This document shows positions 46,909 through 56,000 of a stretch of 64,000 nt of DNA, in pieces. The notes beneath the pieces were generated by a model. The model worked only from the letters and a program-made list of their open reading frames with translations, ran no database searches and was not told the DNA's origin. The position numbers and the translations under genes are program-made. Origin of the DNA: an uncultured Armatimonadia bacterium. Its GTDB lineage: Bacteria; Armatimonadota; Zipacnadia; CAVVLO01. Location of the stretch: assembly GCA_963749155.1 (NCBI GenBank), contig CAVVLO010000001.1:918452-982451 (forward strand), in the 5' to 3' direction. Every line of letters begins with the position of its first letter. Position 1 is the stretch's first letter.

Positions 46909-47762
46909 GAGGGTGGAGGGCGGGACGACGACCAGGTTCGTCTACGATGGGGCGAAGGTCGTGCTGGAACGCGACGGCGACGACGAGACCGAGGTGCGCT
47001 ACACCCACGAGGGCGGCTCGCTCTACGACGACCTCCTGAGCCAGCGACGCGATGGGGCCAGCTACGACTACCTGCTCGATGGGCTGGCGAGCGTGAAGCA
47101 GGTGGTGGACAGCTCCCAGGACGTCGAGAACAGCTACAGCTACGAGGCCTTCGGGCAGCCGACGGTCGGCCAGAGCGACGTCGCCAACCCGTACCTCTAT
47201 CTTGGGGGGCAAGGGGCGCGCTGGGAAGGCACGCCGGGCTTGTACTTTGATGCAGGACAGATACTACGACCCCTCATTCAGCATTGACTTGGGTAGGTAC
47301 CGTCGGGCGTGGCTCCACTTCTGCGACCCGGTCCCGTGGCGGCCCTTGCAGTACCTCATCTGCATGCAGGAGGCACTTTCCGCTCGTGATCGTGCCAACA
47401 AGGCTCACGGCAGCAAGGAACACCGCGCCTGCTGGGCACTTAAGCCAATTAGGCAGGAGAGAGCAGCCTATGAGAATGCCTATCGCCATTGTCTTTGGAT
47501 GTGCGAACTGTCACGTGCCCAGGGCGAGTCCTGTGCATTGATGGCCGAGATGCTGCACGAGGGATCCAACTACGTCGAAGCTCTTCTCTTGTGCGGACTC
47601 AATATCTCTTGCTGGAAGAATTACGCGTATGACACACTGCACGATCTGCATAACAACCTCGTAGGGGTGGACTGCAGAAACCAGGGCGGCACTTGCTGGG
47701 ATTGCTGCAACACAGCTTATTATGAACAGAGACTTCTTCCCGACAAGCCCTTCTGGTCATAG
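46410..47762 (+). CDS. Orphan RHS core fragment + tip D1 (DUF6973-like; frameshift near 47248)
   Basis: RHS homology starts mid-gene; tip has NAYRHCLWMC...LHE...DTLHDLHNNLVG. Confidence 0.8.
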
Positions 47763-47851
47763 CCGGACAGGCCTGCCAGAACGTAGCCTGCGGTGAGATG
47801 TGTCACCTAGCGCATCGCCGGGCTGTAGCCTGTCTACAGGGGTGAACAGGC

Positions 47852-48328
47852 TTGAATAAACGGAAAACTATCGAGCTCGTAGTGAGCCTTGCAGTAGGGC
47901 TCACAGTTTCTCTGCTCATTGTACTGGCCATCGGACTTGTACTTGTCCACAATCTGCTTGATTTTGGCGGTCCACGTGGTCTGCCCTTCCTCATCGGACA
48001 CTGCCTTGCCTATAGCAATGCGCCCTTCAATGCGGAGACGTGGCGCGACCAACCTGAGCCGCAACGTAGGATCTACCCATCGCCTCGCTACAGCATGGCC
48101 AGATCCCTTGTCAAGGACCACTTGCGGCGTGACGTGACCATTGCTGATGTCAAGACGCTCTTGGGGCCCCCAGACAGCGTCCACAACAATGCTGGCATAC
48201 AACCAACGTTGGAATACTGCTTGGGTGTGCCATTTGGCGACATGCCCTACAGGGACATGTATATCTACCTCGTGTTTGATCCTACGGGGCGGTATATGGG
48301 GTACTCGATCTATTATGAGAGTAGCTAG
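47852..48328 (+). CDS. Putative immunity protein D1 (TM anchor + SmpA/BamE-like domain)
   Basis: Directly after tip D1; FNAETW, RYSMARSL, DVKTLLGPPD, LVFDPTGR. Confidence 0.7.
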   Translation: MNKRKTIELVVSLAVGLTVSLLIVLAIGLVLVHNLLDFGGPRGLPFLIGHCLAYSNAPFNAETWRDQPEPQRRIYPSPRYSMARSLVKDHLRRDVTIADVKTLLGPPDSVHNNAGIQPTLEYCLGVPFGDMPYRDMYIYLVFDPTGRYMGYSIYYESS

Positions 48329-48364
48329 AACGCGAGTTGATCGACGGGACAGACTTAGCTTTCT

Positions 48365-48497
48365 CTCTACGAGCTGACCGGGCAGACGAAGCGTAACTCG
48401 GGGGATGTAGTACAATACAGTTATAGCTACACTTACGATGACATCGGCAACAGGCTGACTCTTACCGACCAGGGGAGCGCGGTGACGACCTCCACTT
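48365..48497 (+). pseudogene. Short RHS repeat fragment
   Basis: LYELTGQTKRNSGDVVQYSYSY...SAVTTST, matching the RHS copies. Confidence 0.8.
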
Positions 48498-48630
48498 CCG
48501 CCTGGCGTAGCTTGTTGATGATCTGCTCTGGCGTGTGCTTCACGTTCCCCATTCCCATCGCCCCTTTTCTCGGTCCAAATCCATGCCAATTATGACATTA
48601 CACCTGGACTCGTTTTGGGGGGCAAGGTCA
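48490..48630 (-). mobile_element. Left-end remnant of an IS3-family (IS407-group-like) element
   Basis: Begins TGACCTTGCCCCCC; encodes MGNVKHTPEQIINKLRQAEVE, typical of an IS3 OrfA N-terminus; then truncated. Confidence 0.8.
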
Positions 48631-49125
48631 GCCGCTGCCCGGCGGAGTTGTAGGTGTAGTTGATCTCGGAGGAGTCCGGGTACTCGATGTCGGTCAGGCG
48701 GTCGTCGTAGTCCCAGGCGTAAGAGCGCGTGCCTGCGCTGGTGACCTCGGCCTGGAGATTGCCCGAGGCATCGTAGGTATAGGTGGTCAGCGTCCCGGAG
48801 GCGTCCGTCCCGGTCAGCTCTCCGCCGGCGTTGTAAGTGGAGGTCGTCACCGCGCTCCCCTGGTCGGTAAGAGTCAGCCGATTGCCGATATCATCGTAAG
48901 TGTAGCTATAACTATATTGTACTACATCCCCCGAGTTGCGCTTCGTCTGGCCGGTCAGCTCGTAGAGGGCATCGTAGGCGTAGGTGGTGACGTCGCCGGT
49001 GGCCTCGGTCATTTGAGTCCGGTTGCCGCAGTCGTCGTGGTCGTAGGCGAAGCTGGAGAGCACCGTCTCATCCGACTTGCGGTTCGAGAGCTCCTCCAGC
49101 CAGTTGCGCGAGGTGTAGGTGTAGG
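48627..49125 (-). pseudogene. Orphan RHS fragment truncated at the IS remnant
   Basis: YTYTSRNWLEELSNRK...SAGQRLT followed by IS sequence. Confidence 0.8.
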
Positions 49126-49149
49126 CTCTCGGTGTAGCGTGACGCAGTG

Positions 49150-49728
49150 TCACTCCGGTTCGCCCCAGACCCAGAAACGGATGAGAAACACGCCGCATGT
49201 CACCAGCGCTGCTCGCGAAGCCACTGTCCAAGCCAGTAGGGCGGGTAGAGTGTATAGGCCGGGCGATGCTGCGATGAGCAAAACCGCAAGCACTAGGACC
49301 CGCAGTGCCACCAGCGTAGACAGGTTCAGGTCGCTGGCGTTCCACCGGTTCCGGAACGGGAAGAGCGCCATCACGCCTGGTACCATGGTCGGACCAAGGC
49401 CCAGCGCCAACACACCGGCCAGTAGCAGAGCAGCGCCGAAGTAGGCGTCCGAGAAATACCCGCGGCTCCATCCGGGATCGCCCGTCGAGAGCGGAAGGGC
49501 CGCCGCCAGCAGAGCAAGCAAGACGCAGAGCGAGAGCCCTGCCTGGTTCGGCATTCCCCAAGCCCAGTGGCCGCGATTCCAGTAGAACGACTGCGGTCCT
49601 GCCGTGGCCATCGAGGCGAGCAGCGCGAACGAGGCCGTGAGCGCGACTGCGGTTGGCCACCTGTCACGCGCCCGAGCTACCTTGCCACACCGCAGGTTCC
49701 ACCCACCATCGTCTACTTCTGGGGCCAT
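49150..49728 (-). CDS. Putative immunity protein B (polytopic membrane protein)
   Basis: Start overlaps the tip-B stop (TGATG); multiple TM segments. Confidence 0.7.
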   Translation of the reverse strand: MAPEVDDGGWNLRCGKVARARDRWPTAVALTASFALLASMATAGPQSFYWNRGHWAWGMPNQAGLSLCVLLALLAAALPLSTGDPGWSRGYFSDAYFGAALLLAGVLALGLGPTMVPGVMALFPFRNRWNASDLNLSTLVALRVLVLAVLLIAASPGLYTLPALLAWTVASRAALVTCGVFLIRFWVWGEPE

Positions 49729-50459
49729 CAGTCCAGCCACTCCCTGCACTTGTCATCGCAGCCCGGGATGACAAAGACCGCTATCAGCAGCGTCACCGGG
49801 AGGCTCAGATGCCCGACGACCTCTGCCGCCGCGACGCAGCCAGCTCTCGGCAGTGCCCACGGCAGGAGCACCTGGAGGAGGTTGACGCTCCCGGAGAACC
49901 AGATGCTGGGGAGTTGGTCCACGACGTTCCACCAACACCCGAACGCGGAGTCACACGGGACGTAGGCGTAACCAGCAAACACGCATGAGAGCATACAGAT
50001 CGCATATGATCCGGCATGGCAGGTCCAGTCGCGGATCTCGGCCCAGTCGTGGGCAAACTGTGCGCGCCAGTATGCGCGATCCCATAGCCATGAGCCTGAT
50101 GCCCAGTAGAAGGGGTGACCGGCGGGGTACACGGGGCAGCCGTCAGCTCCAGCCACATCAGTCCTGCTCACCGGCCCATTTCCACAATACAGGTATCTGT
50201 GCAGGCTCATTGGGTCCTGGGGGGAGCCGCCGTAGGGGTCCTCCGAGAGGAAGCGGCCGACGCTCGGGCCGTAGTATCTGGCCTGCATAAAGTAGAGGCT
50301 CGGGGTGCTCTCCCACTGGACGCCGTACCCGCCAACGAACAGGTAGGGGTTCGCCACGTCGCTCTGGCCGACCGTTGCCTGACCGAAGGCCTCGTAGGAA
50401 TAGCTGTTCTCGACGGCCTGGGAGCTGTCTACCACCTGTTTCACGCTCGCTCTTCCCAT
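49728..50459 (-). CDS. Orphan RHS core + tip B (Cys/Trp-rich, hydrophobic)
   Basis: Core ...NGPVSRTDVAG followed by a ~135-aa unique tip. Confidence 0.85.
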   Translation of the reverse strand: MGRASVKQVVDSSQAVENSYSYEAFGQATVGQSDVANPYLFVGGYGVQWESTPSLYFMQARYYGPSVGRFLSEDPYGGSPQDPMSLHRYLYCGNGPVSRTDVAGADGCPVYPAGHPFYWASGSWLWDRAYWRAQFAHDWAEIRDWTCHAGSYAICMLSCVFAGYAYVPCDSAFGCWWNVVDQLPSIWFSGSVNLLQVLLPWALPRAGCVAAAEVVGHLSLPVTLLIAVFVIPGCDDKCREWLD

Positions 50460-50530
50460 CGCCCCTACCAGCAGTCCAGTTCCATGCCAACTACGAGATT
50501 ACACCTGGACTCGTTCTTGGGGCAAGGACA
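50451..50530 (-). mobile_element. Second, shorter IS3-family left-end remnant
   Basis: Imperfect direct repeat of 48552-48630 (TGTCCTTGCCCC...GAGTCCAGGTGTAAT...TTGGCATGGA...GGGGCGATGGGAA). Confidence 0.75.
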
Positions 50531-50540
50531 CCAGCCGCTG

Positions 50541-51416
50541 TTATGTAGGGCGAGTACAACGGGCCCTCTGCTCCCTGTCGGTGAGCCCGACCATCAGGAA
50601 CGCTGAAATCAGGGAGAGCGCTTGCGCCACGAGTAATACAGCGTCAGCGTCTCTCTGTATCAGCAGACCGTGTGGTATGACTATGAGAGCTGTGCCTGCT
50701 GCAATGCTCACAGAACACAGCAACCATACGCCCGGGGCATGGACAACAGAGTTCCAGTGCATTATGGCCAGACACAACACAATCACTGCTGCCGGCACAA
50801 CGAAGACCTGTATCCCGGGCCTCACCGGAAGCACATGGCGGATCCCCGGATCGGCCTCCGCCCATATGCCCAAGAACACGCCGCCCATAGCCAGTATGGC
50901 AGCCAACCAACCAAGTTCTTCGGCCTGCTGTCGGACGTTGCTGGACGGCAGTAACACGCCACATGCAATGGCCCATGCGCTGTAGAGTAGAGCAAGCCCG
51001 ACTCCCCAAAAGACAGGAACTCCCGCGCGGGACTCAAGGCATTCGAATACTGTGTTAAGGCCAGCCACCGACCAACCAACAACAGCAATCGACATCGCGC
51101 CCAGCAGTTGCATCAGGCTCAAGTCTGTGCTCGTGCAGCCCCCCGCACGTTGCTGCCTTATCGTCAAGCGATAAAGGGCCCCTGCAGCCAGAGCTGATAC
51201 AGGCAGTATTATGGCCCAGGCTGGAGCATCGGACTTCGCGAGCAACAGCGGCCAGCCGATTGCCAGGAGGCCGAACCAGCACATGCGCCCGATGTTACAC
51301 ATTCTGCCGGCTACACCTTCGTTCTTCCACCAGCAGTATGCGGCAGAGGCCAAGCCCAACCAACTGACAGCTAGAATGAATTCCAAGCGGTAAACTCCCA
51401 TGTGCTCCAACCCCAA
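50541..51416 (-). CDS. Putative immunity protein C (polytopic membrane protein)
   Basis: Directly after tip C; many hydrophobic segments. Confidence 0.7.
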   Translation of the reverse strand: MGLEHMGVYRLEFILAVSWLGLASAAYCWWKNEGVAGRMCNIGRMCWFGLLAIGWPLLLAKSDAPAWAIILPVSALAAGALYRLTIRQQRAGGCTSTDLSLMQLLGAMSIAVVGWSVAGLNTVFECLESRAGVPVFWGVGLALLYSAWAIACGVLLPSSNVRQQAEELGWLAAILAMGGVFLGIWAEADPGIRHVLPVRPGIQVFVVPAAVIVLCLAIMHWNSVVHAPGVWLLCSVSIAAGTALIVIPHGLLIQRDADAVLLVAQALSLISAFLMVGLTDREQRARCTRPT

Positions 51417-51461
51417 TCGGTCTCAGCCCAACCCATTCGCGACGTCAGACGATCCCAAGGA

Positions 51462-52418
51462 CTACATCTGCGGGCGCGCCCTTGCAGCCCAGTCACCAAA
51501 CTTGGCGTTGACCACGCCCTTTGTGGCTGCTTGGGCAAACGCACCCAAACAGAAGGCAGTGACTTCACTCCAATATCCACAAGGAACAGAGGCATCCAGG
51601 CACGGCCCTGTTATTTGGTTACCTTGTTCGTCTATCTCGGTCCGGCCTTCCCACAGTCCGGGGGACATCTTCAGCCACCTGCCAGTAACAGGTGATTCCC
51701 AGCCTTCCTTCCATCTGCTGAATACGAACTCCAGATCGCTCTGCCATCTCAGTTGTCGCCGGCTTTCATAGTAGACAGACTGAAAGAGCAGAAGCACACA
51801 GCCCACCAACCAGCCGGTAACCCAAGCAGTCCAGCCGGCTGGCAACGCTGCCAGGACGGGCTTCAGAGACCGGCCTATGGCAACCAGTCTCATGCTGGCG
51901 GCAGACAGCGCTGGCCTGATGGCGATCACCCCACTCGCATCTACCATGCTCACCGGCCCATTGGCGCAGTAGAGGTACCGATGCAGACTCAGCGGGTCCT
52001 GCGGCGAGCCGCCGTAGGGGTCTTCCGAGAGGAACCGGCCGACGCCCGGGCCGTAGTACCTGGCCTGCATAAAGTAGAGGCTCGGAGTGCTCTCCCACTG
52101 GACCCCGTACCCGCCAACGAAGAGGTAAGGGTTGGCGACGTCGCTCTGGCCGATGCTGGCCTGTCCGAAGGCCTCGTAGCTGTAGCTGTTCTCGATGGCC
52201 TGGGAGCTATCTACCACCTGCTTCACGCTCGCAAGCCCATCGAGCAGGTAGTCGTAGCTGGCCCCATCGCGTCGCTGGCTCAGGAGGTCGTCGTAGAGCG
52301 AGCCGCCCTCGTGGGTGTAGCGCACCTCGGTCTCATCGTCGCCGTCGCGCTCGAGCACGACCTTCGCCCCATCGTAGACGAACCTGGTCGTCGTACCGCC
52401 CTCGACCTTCGTCAGCCG
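51462..52418 (-). CDS. Orphan RHS core + tip C (hydrophobic helix-containing)
   Basis: Core ...NGPVSMVDASG then a unique tip; RHS homology begins at 52418. Confidence 0.85.
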   Translation of the reverse strand, partial: RLTKVEGGTTTRFVYDGAKVVLERDGDDETEVRYTHEGGSLYDDLLSQRRDGASYDYLLDGLASVKQVVDSSQAIENSYSYEAFGQASIGQSDVANPYLFVGGYGVQWESTPSLYFMQARYYGPGVGRFLSEDPYGGSPQDPLSLHRYLYCANGPVSMVDASGVIAIRPALSAASMRLVAIGRSLKPVLAALPAGWTAWVTGWLVGCVLLLFQSVYYESRRQLRWQSDLEFVFSRWKEGWESPVTGRWLKMSPGLWEGRTEIDEQGNQITGPCLDASVPCGYWSEVTAFCLGAFAQAATKGVVNAKFGDWAARARPQM

Positions 52419-52459
52419 GTTCTTGTGCTCCTCGATGCACGTACGAGGCGGTCCTTAAG

Positions 52460-52942
52460 CTAGTCAATCGCAAAGCTGCTGTCGACATCCGCGCGGATCA
52501 TCCGCCCTCTTGAGTCGAAGTCAACGTAAAAGTCCCACATATCGCCATACTTGAAGGGATAGCCCAGCTTGTAGGTCCACGATTCCACGTTGGTCTGAGG
52601 GTTCTCACTCGTCCCCAGCTCCGGCTCGCCCAGCAGCTCCAGCACCTGGGCCTCGGACATCCCGGGGCGCAGGTAGCTGTCCAGCAGTGACCTGGCCATC
52701 TGGTACCTTAGCGATGGCGGATGTCCGCTGTCGTACCCGGTTGGAGAGTTGCCCTTCCAGACCTGACTGTCGAAGGGAGCCTTGCTGAGCGCCAGGTCGC
52801 CTCCGAGTATGCAGGGGATCCCGTACGGCGACAAGTAGAGGACGAGACTATCAGCAAGCAGCCCAAGGTACACGAACACGGCGCCAACCGTGATCGCTAG
52901 GGCCAAGATAACGCCGCGACGCCAGCGTCCCGCACGCAACAT
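52460..52942 (-). CDS. Putative immunity protein D2 (TM anchor + SmpA/BamE-like domain)
   Basis: AGGAGG RBS before ATG 52942; FDSQVW, RYQMARSL, GMSEAQVLELLGEPE, VDFDSRGR; paralogue of D1. Confidence 0.75.
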   Translation of the reverse strand: MLRAGRWRRGVILALAITVGAVFVYLGLLADSLVLYLSPYGIPCILGGDLALSKAPFDSQVWKGNSPTGYDSGHPPSLRYQMARSLLDSYLRPGMSEAQVLELLGEPELGTSENPQTNVESWTYKLGYPFKYGDMWDFYVDFDSRGRMIRADVDSSFAID

Positions 52943-53023
52943 AGCTCTCCTCCTAAGCACTGCAGCGGTCAGCACTCTCCGAGCGCCGCACGCACAGCCG
53001 GCGCTCGAGGGCATCCAGGGGAT

Positions 53024-56000
53024 TTATTGCGCCACCTTAGGATCTCTGACCAACCGACCAGACTTGGCGGCCGCAATGCAGCCATCCATGCACTGCCGAT
53101 CCCAGTTGCTGCCCAGCTCACGACCCAGGGATATCCCCACCAGGTTGTTGTCAAGATCGTGCAAGGTGTCGTCCCACCAACCCTCTACCCAAGGCCCAAC
53201 ATGTAGCTGCGGCCGGTCCTCTCCCTCTCTGTGCCTCCTATGGAGCCAGTCGTCGAGGTCGGTCCATACGGCCTGGGGCTCGTGCAGAGCGCCCACCCAG
53301 AGCGCACAGTCAGCGCTCACCAAACGAGTCAGCTTACACATCCAGAGGCAGTGAGTCACGGCGTTGCCGTAGCCCTCGGGCACACGACAGGGATCCTTTG
53401 CGTTTTCCTTGTTCATGGCCGTGATAGTGTAACGACTATTCTCACGCCCCATTAGTATGCAGCGCACCACATTATACGCCATCAGTAATGGTGGCGAAGC
53501 CGACATCCGCACATAGTAGTGAATGACATTCGCTGCCCTGCTCTGGCAGATCCCGCGCCCCAGGCTTGGGCTGAAGAACCCAGCCTCAGCGTAGTAAAGT
53601 CCTGCAGAACTCTCCCAGCGCGCCCCTTGCCCCCCAAGATAGAGGTACGGGTTGGCCACGTCGCTCTGGCCGACCGTCGCTTGCCCGAAGGCCTCGTAGC
53701 TGTAGCTGTTCTCGACGGCCTGGGAGCTGTCCACCACCTGCTTCACGCTCGCGAGCCCGTCGAGCAGGTAGTCGTAGCTGGCCCCATCGCGTCGCTGGCT
53801 CAGGAGGTCGCTGTAGAGCGAGCCCCCCTCGTGGGTGTAGCGCGCCTCGGTCTCGTCGTCGCCGTCGCGCTCCAGCACGACCTTCGCCCCATCGTAGACG
53901 AACTTGGTCGTTGCCCCGCCTTCCACCTTCGTCAGCCGCTGCCCGGCGGAGTTGTAGGTGTAGTTGGTCTCGGAAGAGTCTGGGTACTCGATGTCGGTCA
54001 GCCTGTCGTCGTAGTCCCAGGTGTAGGAGCGCGTCCCGGCGCTCGTGACCTCGGCGGCGAGATTGCCCGAGGCGTCGTAGGTGTAGGTCGTCAGCGTCCC
54101 GGAGGCGTCCGTCCCGGTCAACTGCCCGCCTGCGTTGTAAGTGGAGGTCGTCACCGCGCTCCCCTGGTCGGTAAGAGTCAGCCTGTTGCCGATGTCGTCA
54201 TAAGTGTAGCTATAACTATATTGTACTACATCCCCCGAGTTGCGCTTGGTCTGCCCGGTCAGCTCGTAGATCGAGTCGTAAGCATAGGTGGTGACGTCGC
54301 CGGTGGCCTCGGTCATTTGAGTCCGGTTGCCGCAGTCGTCGTGGTCATAGGCGAAGCTGGAGAGCACCGTCTCATCCGACTTGCGGTTCGAGAGCTCCTC
54401 CAGCCAGTTGCGCGAGGTGTAGGTGTAGGTCGTATAGGCGCCGCTAGCGTGAGTCAGGCGAGTCCTGTTGCCGATATCATCGTACTCGAAGCTCGTCTCC
54501 TCGCTGCTGGGGTTGGTGAGCGCCTCGAGCCGCCCCAGGGCATCGTAGGAGTAAGTGGTGAGGCCCCCGTCCTGGTCGGTGAACTCGGTGCGGTTGCCGA
54601 GGGCATCGTAGGCATAGGTGGCCCGCTCTGGCCCAGGCGTGGTGACGACGGTCGTCCGGCTGAGGGCATCGTAAGTGTAGGTCGTGTAGCCTGAGGCGTC
54701 GTGGAAGTCGATTCGCCGCCCTGCATCATCATAGGTGAAGGCCAGGTCGGTGCCCGTCGGGTAGTCCACCCCAATAAGCTGACTCGTGTCATCGTAGCTG
54801 TAGGTGACCAGGTTCCCCCGCGGGTCGGTCCGGGTCTGCAGCCGGCCCGCATCGTCGTAAGTGTTCGTCGTGGTGTTGCCGAGGGGATCAGTGGCCGTCA
54901 GCTGCCGCCCGGCCGCATCGTAGGTGTAGGTGGTGGTGTGGGTTGGGTAGAGGCGCGTCACCGTGGGGGCTGGCGGCGTGCCGCTGGAGGCCGTCCAGGC
55001 GCCGGCTGGAAGATCGGGGCCTGTCCCATAATAGTAGCAGGCGCCCCCGCCCTTCTGCGTCTGCAGCTCCCAGCGCTCAGAGGCCGGCGGGAGCAGCCGG
55101 GTCTGCCAGATGAGGTAATGGCTGTTGTCCAGCTTGTAGGCCGGCTTGCCGTTGTAAGTGCCGTCCTCGGAATAGTCCCCGTTGAAGGCGCTGGTGCCGG
55201 CGCCGGCCACGCTGTAGTCAGCCGCAGGCGCAACGCCCTCGGCATCGGTCACCGCTAGCAGCCGGTTCAGGGCGTCGTAGACGTAAGTCGTCATCGCCCC
55301 GGTCGCAAGCGTTACCCCGATCAGCCGGCCGCCCGTGTCGAAGGTGTTGGTGGTGATGCGGCCCTCTTCATCGGTGCTTTGGATCTGAAGGCTCCCCTGG
55401 TAAGTGACCGTGCGGCTGTTGCCATCGGGGAAGGTCGTCTGGATGAGCCTGTCGATGGCATCGTAGGTGAAGGTGGTCGTATGGTTCAGGGCATCGGTTG
55501 TCGTCAGCCTGTTCCCAATCGCATCATAGGTATGAGTGGTGAGGTTGCCGAGCGCGTCCCTCACCGTCGCCAGGTTCCCGTCAGCGTCATAGGTGAAGGT
55601 CGTGACGCCAGCCAGCGGGTCGGTAACCGTCTCCGGTAGCCCCTCGGCCGTGTAGGTGAAGCCTGTTTCGCTAGCGAGGGGATCGGTGACCGTCTCCAGG
55701 TTGCCGCTCCCCTCGTAGGTGTAGGTGGTGGTGTTGCCCAGCGGATCGGTCACGGTGGTGAGGTGGTGGTCCGAGTCCCAGGTGTAATAAGTGGTCTTGC
55801 CCAGCGGGTTGGTTGAGCTGGTGCGGTTCCCATCCGAGTCGTAGGTGAAGGTGGTGATGTTGCCCAGCGGGTCGGTGACCTCCGTCCGCGCCCGGTCGCT
55901 GTTGTAGGTGTAGCTCACGGTCCGGCCAGTCGGGTCCTCGGAGGCGATGAGCTTGGCGAACTGGTCCGTCCCGTCGTAGGTGTAGGTCGTGAGCTGCCCG

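Noticed and set aside
48590..49660. 356-aa ORF fusing novel sequence to RHS repeats
   Set aside because: Its N-terminal half is an alternative frame of immunity gene B running into an orphan RHS fragment.
45390..50150. Diversity-generating retroelement (template/variable repeat pair)
   Set aside because: Differences are indel-dominated and not adenine-specific, and no reverse transcriptase is present in the window.
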